Origin: Pachysolen tannophilus NRRL Y-2460
Lineage: Eukaryota
Length of the DNA stretch: 64,000 nt
Direction: 5' to 3'
Assembly: GCA_001661245.1 (NCBI GenBank)
Contig: KV454011.1
Span: 124,001 to 188,000, forward strand
Shown: in pieces, positions 11,234-22,800 of the stretch
Position numbering within the stretch: the first letter of the stretch is position 1
Layout of the letters: each line of letters begins with the position of its first letter
The notes under the pieces: model-generated
The model's database searches: none
The model's input: only the letters and a program-made list of their open reading frames with translations
Told to the model about the DNA's origin: nothing
Position numbers and translations under genes: made by a program

Positions 11234-12286
11234 CCTGAATAGAAAAGAAAAAGAAAAAAAAATCACCACAACCAATAGATAATCCGTAGACAAGTTATTC
11301 AAAACTTTCTTAATATTAAGAATTTTTCACTCACATACAAAAAAATTTCACTCACTCACTTACTCACTCATACTGACCGTGCAGCTTAAAATTAAATATG
11401 TCCGGGTCGTTCTCCGAATATCAAAATTCCTAAAGAGGAAAAGTTTTCTTTAATACCTCTAACACATAAAATAACCCCAAAAAAAAAAAGAGATAAAGTT
11501 AGCGCTCACTTAATACGTAAAGTAAATATAATAATAATAAATTTATCTGTTTCCTTATACCCATCAAGACTGATTCAGGTAAATTTTATATATTGCAAAA
11601 ACAAAAGAGGGGTATATACTTTTTTTTTCTGCAATATTAAATTTTTATTATACATGTATTATTTATGAAAATAATTAGTCCCGTGCTCCCCTTTCTTTGG
11701 GTTTTGGTAGGTTTTTGGTTGTTTTTGTAGATGTCACCCCGCATTTTTTGAAAAAAAAAATTAACAAATACAAGAAAATAGGAGTGATTTGAAAAATCTT
11801 TAAAAAATTAAAGTAACTAGGAAGGTAATTGATTTTCTAGGACTCTATGATCTTCTGAGTTTAATGGTTGTTGTTTTTTTTTTTGTTTCGGATTCTAGCA
11901 ACAAACGACGATCAAACTGAAAATTTTTCTTTGGAATTGTAACTATAATAATTACTAAAACTTTCAAGATGCATAGACTGATAAATGGTACTTAAGATGG
12001 GGATTCAACTCCATGCTGCTTTATGCTCACACTCCCCACTAACTATTGAACTAGAGTTTAAGTTTTTAAAAATGGGTAGTTTTTTTTGTCTTTGGCCACC
12101 ACCCCTGATCCCACTTTTTCTTTTTGGTTCTGGGGCTATTTCCACAGGCCGTTCTGAAAAAAAAAAAAAGAAAAGAAAAAAAAAAAATTTTTTTTTCGAT
12201 TTCAGAAGAGAAGAAGGAAATGAAAAAAAAAAAAAGATAAAAAAATTTTAAGATTTCACATAATAAAAAATTATACATCTTAGGCG

Positions 12287-13233
12287 ATGAGTACTAAGAT
12301 GAGCACGAAGATGAGTACAAAGATGAACACTGTTCATAGTGTTCTGGAATCAGCAGATCAGTTAGAAGATGGGCTAGAGTATGATGTTAGTGAGGGAGAG
12401 GTAGAAGGAGTAGAAGGAGTAGAAGGAGTGGAAGAAGGAGAGATAGATGATTCAAAATTTGAGACTACAGAGACGATACAAAGTGGAGATGGAACTGATA
12501 AAAAGAGGAAAAGAAAGAAAAATGATAAGTTAGCTTTAAAGAAAAAAATAAAGACAGAATTAGAAATTGATCAAAAGAAAAAACTTTCATTAGAAAAACC
12601 AGATATAGTGGTTGAATATTTTGCTTCAAAGATAAGACAACAACAAAAAGATTTATCACCTTTAGAATTAGGTGAATTATATATAGATGAATCATTTATT
12701 AAATATTCTGGGAATTTTCAACAATTAAGAAATTTAGATAATTTATCAAAATTTATTGAAAATAAATTTCAATCATTTTTACCTAAAATTGATAATAAAA
12801 AGATAATTAAAAAAAAGACACCAAAAAAACAAGATAAAATAGCAACTTTATTAAAGAAAAAGCAAGAACAACAAGAAAATCAAAGACATTTTATAACAAT
12901 TCTTTCAATGTCAGCAATTAGAACATGCGATGTTCATCGTGCAACTAAAAATTTACATTCTATTAAATTAATCAAAAAAAATAAACTAAAAGATGATTTA
13001 GAAACTTTATCAGCAACTTCATCAAGAGTATTATGTGCAACTCCAAGTAGAATGTTAAAAATCTTAGATCAAGCTTCTAGCACTTTATTAAACGAAAAAA
13101 TTTAAAAATAATTATTTTGGATTCTACTTATTTAGATACAAAATTACAAAATATTTTTGACGTTTCCGAGACTTTTAAATTCTTGAAACAATGTTGTAAT
13201 CAAAATAATCAAGTTGAGATTTATCTCTATTAA
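12287..13233 (+). CDS. CMS1: 90S preribosome factor Cms1, with an apparent -1 frameshift at the A6 run 13095-13100
   Basis: DQLEDGLEYD, LSPLELGEL, SAIRTCDVHRA, ATPSRM. The Cms1-like C-terminus (LKIIILDSTYLDTKLQNIFD...EIYLY*) continues in the -1 frame to TAA at 13233. Confidence 0.85.
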
Positions 13234-13857
13234 CAAAAAAAAATAGTTTTTAACCTATATAGAATTAATATTTTTCAGGTTAATAGTTAAAAATGTTATT
13301 ACTCCAATTACCTTTTTTTGCTCCTTTTCTTTTTAATTGTAGATCAATTTTCTGTTTGTGCCTTTTTTGCTTCTGTACGGTAGAGTTAGCTAGGTAATTC
13401 ACGGAATATTCGTATTCTATAATTGCTTTTATTATAGTTGATGATGCATATATTGCAGGAAAATGCTTTTTTGTTTTTTTTTTTGAAGAATTATTAATAT
13501 CCCGCTAAATTGCTGAATTACATCGGCTAGAATATTTATGAATTTATGTCAACTGTAGATTGTTCTTGAAGTGGAGTTTATTGTTATTTTAAAACTTAAG
13601 AGTTAAAGCAAAAACAGAAAGTAAAAAAAAAAAAAAAAAAAGACCAATTAAAAAATAATGACCAAGTATTTATTAATAAGTTTTTGGAATAACCGTTAGA
13701 ATTAAGTATATAAATATCGTAAATATCCTCTAAAGTTTCTAAATTCTTTTAAGATTATAATCCTATAAGCTCAATTGTTATTTATTTTCCCCTAATAAAT
13801 AGTAGTTATTGTAGTAGTTAGTTAATATTGGTTATATCATATTTTTTTTTTGCAAAG

Positions 13858-14949
13858 ATGAAGGTTTTATTGATTTTGTATTCTGCAGGTAAACACGCTG
13901 CAGATGAGCCAAAATTATTAGGTTGTACTGAAAATGAATTAGGTATTAGAAAATGGTTAGAAAGTCAAGGTCATACTTTAGTTACCACATCTCATAAAGA
14001 TGGACCAAATAACGATTTGGATAAACATATTGTGGATTCAGATATTGTTATTACAACTCCATTTCATCCTGGTTATATCACCAAGGAAAGAATTGATAAG
14101 GCCAAGAAATTGAAATTATTAGTTGTAGCTGGTGTTGGTTCTGATCATATTGATTTGGATTATATCAATAAATCTGATAAAAAAATTAGTGTCTTGGAAG
14201 TTACTGGTTCTAATGTAGTTAGTGTTGCAGAACATGTTGTTATGACAATGTTGGTTTTAGTTAGAAATTTTGTTCCAGCTCATGAGATGATTATGCGTGG
14301 TGATTGGGATGTTGCTGAAGTTGCTAAAGATACTTATGATTTGGAAAATAAAGTGATTGCCACTGTTGGTTGTGGTAGAATTGGTTATAGGGTCTTGGAA
14401 AGATTAGTTTCGTTTAATCCAAAAGAATTGTTATATTATGATTATCAAGCATTACCAAAAGAAGCTGAAGAAAAAGTTGGAGCAAAAAGAGTCATTGATT
14501 TGGAAGAATTGTTGGGTAAAGCTGATGTTGTTACTATTAACTGTCCTTTACATGACGGAACAAAAGGTTTATTCAACAAGCAATTAATTTCAAAAATGAA
14601 AAAAGGTGCATGGTTAGTCAATACCGCAAGAGGTGCAATCTGTGTTGCTGAAGACGTTGCCGAAGCAGTCCAAAGTGGTCAATTGAGAGGTTATGGTGGT
14701 GATGTTTGGAATGTCCAACCTGCTCCAAAAGATCATCCATGGAGAAAAATGGCTAACAAGTATCATGCAGGTAATGCAATGACTCCCCACGTTTCAGGTA
14801 CTTCCTTAGACGCTCAAATCAGATATGCCCAAGGTACTAAAGATATTTTGGAAAGTTTCTTGAGTGGTAAGAAAGATTACAAGCAAAAGGATGTCATCTT
14901 GTTGGATGGTCACTATATCACTAAAGCTTACGGTGAGCACAAGAAATAA
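13858..14949 (+). CDS. FDH1: NAD-dependent formate dehydrogenase
   Basis: [92 protein letters not shown]. Confidence 0.97.
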   Translation: MKVLLILYSAGKHAADEPKLLGCTENELGIRKWLESQGHTLVTTSHKDGPNNDLDKHIVDSDIVITTPFHPGYITKERIDKAKKLKLLVVAGVGSDHIDLDYINKSDKKISVLEVTGSNVVSVAEHVVMTMLVLVRNFVPAHEMIMRGDWDVAEVAKDTYDLENKVIATVGCGRIGYRVLERLVSFNPKELLYYDYQALPKEAEEKVGAKRVIDLEELLGKADVVTINCPLHDGTKGLFNKQLISKMKKGAWLVNTARGAICVAEDVAEAVQSGQLRGYGGDVWNVQPAPKDHPWRKMANKYHAGNAMTPHVSGTSLDAQIRYAQGTKDILESFLSGKKDYKQKDVILLDGHYITKAYGEHKK

Positions 14950-15273
14950 AATAAAATAAACTTTTTTTTTATTATTATTATTCTTTATATACATATCTAT
15001 CTATCTATATATATAGATACATGAGATCATGATTATGATGTTATCCACGTTAATGATTTTATATTTTAAATTTTATATTTTTTTTTTTTTTTTATTATTA
15101 TCTTTTTTTTATTTTACACCTTTTATCTTATTAGAGAGAAGAGTTGAAAAGAGAGCTTTTCAAATATTATACAACTCAATGAATTAAAGTCTAACAGTCA
15201 AGTTAAGTTAAGTTAAAACGCAAGAGTAGAAATGTCTTAAGATGTGTGGCGGAGATGACATTCTATATCAGAA

Positions 15274-15476
15274 TACAGCCCTTAAATGTGGTTTTAAAAA
15301 ATAAATTATACATAGCGCCCCTATATTCAAATCTACAGCCTCTGTATTATTTTTTATTTTTATTTTTTTATTTTATAAAAGGGGCTCTCAAATTTGATTC
15401 AAGGGCTGTATATTTTGGATAGGGGCTATATAACAATTTAGGGCTGTATAAGTGTTTTAATAAGATTCGGGGCTGT
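15274..15476. repeat. Two-orientation array of eight (A/G)GGGCT(G/A)TA-like motifs around a central T-tract
   Basis: Reverse-orientation copies at 15274, 15313 and 15334; forward copies at 15380, 15402, 15421, 15440 and 15469. Confidence 0.85.
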
Positions 15477-15621
15477 TTGCATTTGCGTTTGGTGTTCTCA
15501 ACACGACTGTTATAGAAATCAATTATGGTCTAAAAGAAGGAAGTAAAGAAACCTGTTTATATATATATACATAAATAAATATATATATCTTTTGAGTTAT
15601 TGATTGATTATATCTTGCAAT

Positions 15622-18600
15622 ATGAGTAAGATGTTCAAGAATAAACCGAATTTGAAAAATGTCACTAATGTGACAAACTCGTTGAAGACGGTTAGGGAAA
15701 GAGACTTGTCGACGGGGCTTTCCATGAGAAACTTTAAGCTTGATGATTTAACAAGATACGGAATAGCAGGTTCAATAATGGGTATGGCATATGAGCCAGT
15801 ACAAAGTTTAATGGCTTTATCCACAGATAAGGGACATATTCATGTTTATGGTCAGCAAAGAGTTGAAGTTGTTTTTGAGTTGAAAACTACGTTACCAATT
15901 ATTACTTTAAAATTTATTAAAGGTATATATCTTGTTGCTATTGATACTAAAAACACTATATTAATTTTTTCATTATCTTCTAAAAAATTATTGGCAAGTT
16001 ATACAGCACCAGGTATGATTTCTTCAATAGAATCTGATTATTCATTAGATTATTTGTTAATAGGACTAGTGAGTGGTGTAATAGTGATTTATGATGTTGA
16101 TCGATGTGCTTTAGCTCCTTTTAAAATTGATAATTTACAAAAAATAATTATACCTGAAGAAAGAACTCTGACTCCAGTTTTATCAATTAAATGGCATCCA
16201 AGAGATTTTGGGACCTTGTTAATAACATATAATTATTGTTGTGCTGTATATTCATTTACTACTGGGGAGATAAAGACAAGTTTCCGGTATGAGTTACCAC
16301 CTGGCGCCCCTGGAGGTGATAATTTACCAAAAGATGATATCGATTTATATAGATATCCACCAATGGTTAATGCATTGTGGCATCCAAATGGTTTAAACGT
16401 GGTAACTATTCATGAGGATAATTCAATAGTGTTTTGGGACGCAAATGATGGTACATTATTACAAGCAAGAACTTTATTTGATACAGACGTAAATATTCCA
16501 TCAACTTATCCTATTCATAATAACGGCAACTCTAAGGATGATAATAAATTTTTAACTCCTATCATTAAAGCTTCTTGGATTTGCGAAGAAAACCCAGAAT
16601 ATACTTCATTATTAATTTGTGGTGGAGATTCAAATGAAGAAGAAGGAATTCATACTTTTACAATGTTAGATTTTGGTGTAACTCCAAAATATTCTATAAC
16701 TTCATATGAAAAAATGTCACGTTTTTATGCTGCACCTAAACAACACAAAGTTATCCCAATCCATGCAACTGCAAATATAATCGATTTCCTACCATTAGGT
16801 CAATCATCGCCTTACTTTAATGGTAATCATAACCCTTCATTCATATTGGTATTATTGGATGATGGTGATTTGAAATTCATGAATTATCCAACTGGAAACA
16901 TTAATTTCAAATCAGAAATTTTCCCACCTTCCATCTCTTGGATTAATCCTAAAATTACTTGTTCCACAGCTACTCCAGTTCCAAGAGCACAATGGTTAGG
17001 TATGTTAAATAGTAAAGAAAAGGGGAAAGTACCAACATTACTAAAAGGTGGTCTACCTACAAAGAGGCCTCCAAGATCACACGATTTAAGATCAGCATTG
17101 ATTACAGGCCATCAAAATGGGTATATAAGAATGAGAGACGCATCTCTAGGTGAATTAGATGACTCTTCGGTATTGGAAATTGATTTAAGTTCGGTTTTGG
17201 GTTCAAATTCTTCAAATATGGATATCACTCAAGTTTCATTTGCTGCAGAAACTGCTGAGTTATTATGTTCTTTAGCTAATGGAGATGCCTTATTATTTAA
17301 ATTTGGACTCAATAAAAATTACAACCCAAGAATGAGTGATTTAAATAAGAGATTACAAGACTTATCAATAGGAAATAGCAGAAATTCAGAAGGTATATTA
17401 ATTAATATTGCAGATCGAGTACCATATTATATTAGGGAAGGTTTTTTACCTGTATCCTTAATTAGAGCAAATCAAAAATCAATCACTGCTATTAAAAATA
17501 GTAACGTTGGATTTGTTTGTGTTGGTTATGAAACAGGTGAAATAATTGTTATTGATAGAAGAGGACCTGCAATTATTTTCCAGGACAATTTATCGAATAT
17601 CATGTCAAAGAAAAAATCTAGTTTCTATAAAGCGACTTCCATTGAATTTTTGATTGCGGAAATCAATGAAGACGGTTATTCATCTATTGTGATGACAATA
17701 GGTACAAATATAGGTGATTTGATGTTTTTCAAGATATTGCCTTACGGTAATGGTAGATTTACTGTCAATTTTGTTGATGCTTTGGATGGCGTGAATTCAG
17801 ATAGCATTAAAGAGATTATTGGACTTGATCCAATAAGTGGTAATCCAACAACAGCAAGGATGCAAGATATGCAAAAATTATCTACAGGTGTTATAATTCA
17901 AAGTCTCATAATTACAAGATCTTCCAAAGATATGAGAGTTATCAAGAGTAATAAAACTAAGTTATCTTATAAAGTATTTAATAGTGTTGTTGGTACAGGT
18001 GGTATTTCAATGATTTATAATGAACAGAAAAAGTACTCGACAGTATACTCTGTTGTCACGAATAGCAATGAAATCAAAGTATTAAGCATACCCTCATTAG
18101 CTGAATTTAACACTTTGGTATTGCCATATTCCATTAATCCACAATATTCATATCAAAGTGTCGTTTTACCATCAGGTGACGTTGTAGTAAGAATAGATCA
18201 AACAGAAGCTGGATTAGTCAATATTGCAGGCAAAGGTTTGAAACAGTCATCATTTGATAGTGATATATTATTCAATGATCAAATGGTTATTCCACAGCGT
18301 CCTACGATAAATACTTTACAATATTTTAGAGGCACAAAATTGATTACGTACGACGATTTTATAACATTGATAAGTGGTCCTAATAGACCACTAACGAAAA
18401 ATCCAGAATCTAGGCTATCATATAATCTCTCACCATATAATCCTGTGAATATGCCAAGTTTAACAGGCTCAAGTCCAAGAACACCAACATTAGGTGGTGG
18501 CTTTTTTAGCAAAGGTAAAGGTAAAGATAATGATGATGATGATGAATTTAAATACGATAAACCTGTAAGGAAATATAACAGCAACATCCTTCATAGTCCT

Positions 18601-18765
18601 GTTACTGTCAAACATGTTATGAGGTCTATTACTAATGGTATCGAATCAATAGATGAAGGTGGTAATGATTATGCAAGTGAATTCAAAGATAACATGAATC
18701 AAAGTATGACGGACACTAGAAACAGTGTTTTAAGTTCAGTTTTTAAGGCAAAATTTGGATTTTAA
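15622..18765 (+). CDS. SRO7: Lgl/tomosyn homolog Sro7/Sro77 (WD40, exocytosis)
   Basis: AYEPVQSLMALST, HVYGQQRVEVVF, FIKGIYLV, WHPRDFG, LWHPNGL, IDRRGPAIIF. Confidence 0.93.
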   Translation: MSKMFKNKPNLKNVTNVTNSLKTVRERDLSTGLSMRNFKLDDLTRYGIAGSIMGMAYEPVQSLMALSTDKGHIHVYGQQRVEVVFELKTTLPIITLKFIKGIYLVAIDTKNTILIFSLSSKKLLASYTAPGMISSIESDYSLDYLLIGLVSGVIVIYDVDRCALAPFKIDNLQKIIIPEERTLTPVLSIKWHPRDFGTLLITYNYCCAVYSFTTGEIKTSFRYELPPGAPGGDNLPKDDIDLYRYPPMVNALWHPNGLNVVTIHEDNSIVFWDANDGTLLQARTLFDTDVNIPSTYPIHNNGNSKDDNKFLTPIIKASWICEENPEYTSLLICGGDSNEEEGIHTFTMLDFGVTPKYSITSYEKMSRFYAAPKQHKVIPIHATANIIDFLPLGQSSPYFNGNHNPSFILVLLDDGDLKFMNYPTGNINFKSEIFPPSISWINPKITCSTATPVPRAQWLGMLNSKEKGKVPTLLKGGLPTKRPPRSHDLRSALITGHQNGYIRMRDASLGELDDSSVLEIDLSSVLGSNSSNMDITQVSFAAETAELLCSLANGDALLFKFGLNKNYNPRMSDLNKRLQDLSIGNSRNSEGILINIADRVPYYIREGFLPVSLIRANQKSITAIKNSNVGFVCVGYETGEIIVIDRRGPAIIFQDNLSNIMSKKKSSFYKATSIEFLIAEINEDGYSSIVMTIGTNIGDLMFFKILPYGNGRFTVNFVDALDGVNSDSIKEIIGLDPISGNPTTARMQDMQKLSTGVIIQSLIITRSSKDMRVIKSNKTKLSYKVFNSVVGTGGISMIYNEQKKYSTVYSVVTNSNEIKVLSIPSLAEFNTLVLPYSINPQYSYQSVVLPSGDVVVRIDQTEAGLVNIAGKGLKQSSFDSDILFNDQMVIPQRPTINTLQYFRGTKLITYDDFITLISGPNRPLTKNPESRLSYNLSPYNPVNMPSLTGSSPRTPTLGGGFFSKGKGKDNDDDDEFKYDKPVRKYNSNILHSPVTVKHVMRSITNGIESIDEGGNDYASEFKDNMNQSMTDTRNSVLSSVFKAKFGF

Positions 18766-18995
18766 TAGTCTATATATTTATTTATATATATATATATAAA
18801 TGCATTATATGCATTCAATATTCAAATGAAATGATCTCAATGATTAATTAACGTAATTTAATAGTAGTTTGTAATCGTGATTAGATCTTTATCTATAAAT
18901 TAGGGCAACGTCAAATTTTTTATTATGATTTTTTTTTTTTTTTTTTTAACTCATATTAAAATTTTTTTTAATTAATATTGCTTTCAAAAATTGCA

Positions 18996-20960
18996 ATGAT
19001 TACCGGGTTGGAAGAGACTCAAGTTCCACTTGTGGGAAGATATCATTCTTCAATGGAGCCGGATATACCGTCAGATGAACAAGATACAAGAAATGGTACA
19101 TTTTCTCCTCCTAGGAAAAGAAGTAAAAATGGATGTTTAACATGCAAGATTCGTAAGAAAAGATGTGATGAAATAAGGCCAACTTGTGGAGATTGTACTC
19201 GTTTAAAGAAGCCATGTGAGTGGCTAGATCCAAATATGCCAGAAGATGAAGCCAGACAATTGAAATTGAAAATGGAGAAATTAGAACTGGAAAATAAGAC
19301 CAGGAAGAGGAGAAAGATGGTTAAAACATTAGAGACAAAAGATGATAATATGATAAACGATAATGAACAGATGGACCTGCTAGAAAAACTTGTTTTCCGT
19401 CCATTTACGTTTCCTGAATCTGTATCAGAACAGTTTTCTCCGTTAACTGATGATGGCGATGCTTTGCCATTAGATTCTGATAGTTTACCTAATAACAGCA
19501 ATATTAATGAGAATTATTCATTTCCTAAAGTTGAACCCACCTTAGGACGACAACCGTTACAATCTTTACTGCTTGATTTGAAACTGAATTTAGGAACTTT
19601 TTCGCCCTTGAGCTGTCAATCTCCATTTTCAGGTTTACTGTTTTTAAAAAAAATAGAGGATGTACGAGATGATAAGATACAAGAGTTGAATAATGACAAT
19701 AACAATGAAGCAGCAAAAGAAGAATATATGAATAACTTATTTGAAGGAAATTTATCTCCTACATTACCGCAGACACCTTCTTTTTTAAAATTAACGAATT
19801 TAAGATACTTGGATGGAACTGGTTTGCAATTGTATCAATATTATAGAGATAAATTGGCTCGTATAATATCTGTTGTTCCTGAAGAAGAAAATTTATATCT
19901 CAAGATTTTTTTACCAATGGCTGAACAAGATTTAGGGATATTATATGGAATTATAGCTTGGTCCGGTTTCCACGTTGGTAATGAATTTTATGAAAATCAA
20001 GGATTACATTTCATTAAGAAAGCTTTAAATCATATAAATGAAAATCCTATTGATGTTGGTGGTAATAATAATGTCACACGGGAATTATTTGATTCAAGAT
20101 TAGCAACTTATTTGATACTATGCAGCGCAGAGATATGTAGTGGTGATGTTAAGAAATGGTCTTATTATCTATCCTGTGGTGCCAAGATGATTTCTTCACA
20201 GGGAATAAACAGTTTTAATTCTTCAAAACATAGACACTGGTTAGTAACAAATTTTGCATATCATGATATTCTTACCTCATCCATAAATGAAAGAGGAATG
20301 CATTTTGATATAAGAGATTATGAACAAATAATAAATTTGAATACATTTGGACTAGATCCATTACATGGGATTTCAAAGCCTTTATTCCATATTATTGGAG
20401 AGATAAACAATTTAGCCATGGAATCTAAAAGTCTGTTAATTGGTGAATTAGGTGATGATCTTTCCGTTAACCTATCTAAAATTGTTGCACTGGCAAGTAT
20501 TTTAGAACGGAAAATTGATTCATCAAAACCATCACCACATGATTTAACATCTTTTACAAAAATGAAATATATCGAGTTACAACTCACCTTATTTGAAACT
20601 TTCCAATTAACTTGCAAATTACACTTACGTCATTCTGTTCTTCGACAAAATCCAAACTCTTTAGAAATTCGTTTATTGGTTAGAGAATTAATGAAAAGAC
20701 TTGATGTGGTATTGGATACTTCTGTGGAAGGTTGTCTTTGTTTCCCCTTATTTATTGCTGGAATGAACTGTCCTACAGAAAGTGATCGACAATTATTATT
20801 AGGTAAATTTAAAGAATTTAACAAAAGATATAGATATGGTAACGTTGAAAGGGCTGGAATTGTTATGGAACAAGTTTGGATGATTGACCCTACAGGAGAT
20901 AAGTGTGTGGATTGGTATGAGGTTGTGAAAAAATTAAACTGGGACCTCAGTTTTGCATAA
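18996..20960 (+). CDS. Zn(II)2Cys6 transcription factor with Fungal_trans_2-type domain (Uga3-like)
   Basis: RSKNGCLTCKIRKKRCDEIRPTCGDCTRLKKPC; C-terminal FAYHDIL, FPLFIAG, DWYEVVKKLNWDL. Orthology not resolved. Confidence 0.88.
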   Translation: MITGLEETQVPLVGRYHSSMEPDIPSDEQDTRNGTFSPPRKRSKNGCLTCKIRKKRCDEIRPTCGDCTRLKKPCEWLDPNMPEDEARQLKLKMEKLELENKTRKRRKMVKTLETKDDNMINDNEQMDLLEKLVFRPFTFPESVSEQFSPLTDDGDALPLDSDSLPNNSNINENYSFPKVEPTLGRQPLQSLLLDLKLNLGTFSPLSCQSPFSGLLFLKKIEDVRDDKIQELNNDNNNEAAKEEYMNNLFEGNLSPTLPQTPSFLKLTNLRYLDGTGLQLYQYYRDKLARIISVVPEEENLYLKIFLPMAEQDLGILYGIIAWSGFHVGNEFYENQGLHFIKKALNHINENPIDVGGNNNVTRELFDSRLATYLILCSAEICSGDVKKWSYYLSCGAKMISSQGINSFNSSKHRHWLVTNFAYHDILTSSINERGMHFDIRDYEQIINLNTFGLDPLHGISKPLFHIIGEINNLAMESKSLLIGELGDDLSVNLSKIVALASILERKIDSSKPSPHDLTSFTKMKYIELQLTLFETFQLTCKLHLRHSVLRQNPNSLEIRLLVRELMKRLDVVLDTSVEGCLCFPLFIAGMNCPTESDRQLLLGKFKEFNKRYRYGNVERAGIVMEQVWMIDPTGDKCVDWYEVVKKLNWDLSFA

Positions 20961-20980
20961 ATGAAAAATAAATAAGATTC

Positions 20981-21012
<32 letters not shown>

Positions 21013-21157
21013 ATAATGCAATGCCTATAAACAGGGTGAAAAAAAACAAAAAAAGAGCTAGCTGGTTATAAACTAAAATAAAATAAAATAAAGTAAACTA
21101 ATGCTGTTGATACAAATAAATAAATAAGTAGCCAATTATATGGTGGTCTATTTGGTA

Positions 21158-21697
21158 TTATTTTGTTTCCCATAACAGAGTCTTTTGATGTTTAAACCTA
21201 TCCATTACAAAACTTAAACCTTTTCTAGATTTTTTCAAATTTTCATCAAACTTACTATGAGACCATGATTCAATTCTATCTTTAATACCAAAACCTCTAA
21301 AACCAGAAGAGAATTTAACATATGTCTCTGATCTCGTTACATTTTCTAATTCACTATAATTAAAAGTCGTGTACTCTTCGATTCTTATAATACCTGTATG
21401 ATCAAGGTTTCTAGTATATGTCTTCATCTCTTTTAATATTGGATTCACTATTGTTTGTTCTATAATCCAAGTTTGATTAACTTTCCCCAAGAAAGGCTTA
21501 CACCATTTAGGTAACCTTCCAGTTTTCAGTATTAATTTTGTTTGATGTAAATTTCCTTCAGAATCTATTTTAATTTTTATTAAATCAGTAGAAAGTACAT
21601 GAGAAGCAAATGGATTCGGATACCTATTGAAATAAGCTAATGAAACTGTTTGAAAATCATAATTAAATTCATGAGAATTCTTATACCAAAGAACCAT
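21158..21697 (-). CDS. UPS1: PRELI-family mitochondrial lipid transfer protein Ups1
   Basis: MVLWYKNSHEF, VSLAYFNRYPNPFASHVLSTD, TYTRNLDHTGIIRIEEY, KKSRKGLSFVM. Confidence 0.93.
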   Translation of the reverse strand: MVLWYKNSHEFNYDFQTVSLAYFNRYPNPFASHVLSTDLIKIKIDSEGNLHQTKLILKTGRLPKWCKPFLGKVNQTWIIEQTIVNPILKEMKTYTRNLDHTGIIRIEEYTTFNYSELENVTRSETYVKFSSGFRGFGIKDRIESWSHSKFDENLKKSRKGLSFVMDRFKHQKTLLWETK

Positions 21698-22800
21698 ATC
21701 TATTGTACTGCCTTTTAAAAAAAAAAAAACTTGTTGTATTCAAACTAATTAAATATGAATGTAAATGTATTTAGGTACTTATTATCAACTGAAAATTTTT
21801 TATATTATATATATAATAAAAATTGAAAAATGCAAATTATTACGACCTTTTTATAATATTAACCTTTTCTTATTTTTTTTCAATTATAATTATAATTATA
21901 CAGACACAAGATAGCAACCTTGAAACTTTTAAAAAAAAATTTAGTTTGATGACTAAACCAAATATTATATATATAGTATTACAAACCCAAGTTAATTAGT
22001 TAGTTAGTTACAGTCACCCACACAATTTTTTTTTTTTTTTGCTTTCTTTTTTTCTTTTTTTCTTTGGCTTCTTTGATTTCACTCCACTTTTATAGGTTGC
22101 GTGTGATAACCAAAGACGGCCAGAGACAGCCAGAGACAGCCAAAGAATGCCTGGAAGTAAAAGAGCCAAAGAGCCGGACAGTTAGCCGGACAGTTAGCCG
22201 GAGAGAGAGCCGAAAACAGAGCTGAAAAGAATTCCTGAAACCGGGAATACTTCTTGAGAGAGAAGTCGTTCTCTCTATATCAAAAAAAGTTAAAAAGTTT
22301 AATTAAAAGAAAAGAAAAAAACAAAAAGCCCTACAACGCTCCAAAACGCTCTAAAACGCCCCTAACAAATTTAGATAATTAGAGAGTCGTGTAGTTATTT
22401 TTCAATTGTCCATTTGGGGAAACTGCGGTGAAGTTGAAGTTTTTGGCTCTTGGCTAACTGTGTGAAATGTAGGAATGTAGGAATGTACAAAAAAAAAAAA
22501 TTTTAAAAAACATGTACAGAAATTTTCAGTATCCGAGACATAGTGTGCCATACATTTTGTGTGTGAAAATTCTGTGCGAGCTCGGATTTATCGAGCAACG
22601 CGAGTTTTAAAAAACGGGTTGCATAAAGAGATTAACTATAAAAACATGTTTATTATACAATAATATGAAACGTATAAAAAGAGACTTGATTTTCTTTTAA
22701 AAGTTTTGTAGATTTATAAAAGAAAAAGATTGTTTAAACTGTTTTTAACTTTTTGTTTTGTTTTTTGTGGAAAAGGTGAAAAGTAAAAGGAAAAGGAAAA

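Noticed and set aside
11998..12016. T-arm/B-box-like hairpin ATGGGGATTCAACTCCAT
   Set aside because: It mismatches the GTTCRA core and no cloverleaf or known Pol III RNA could be built around it.
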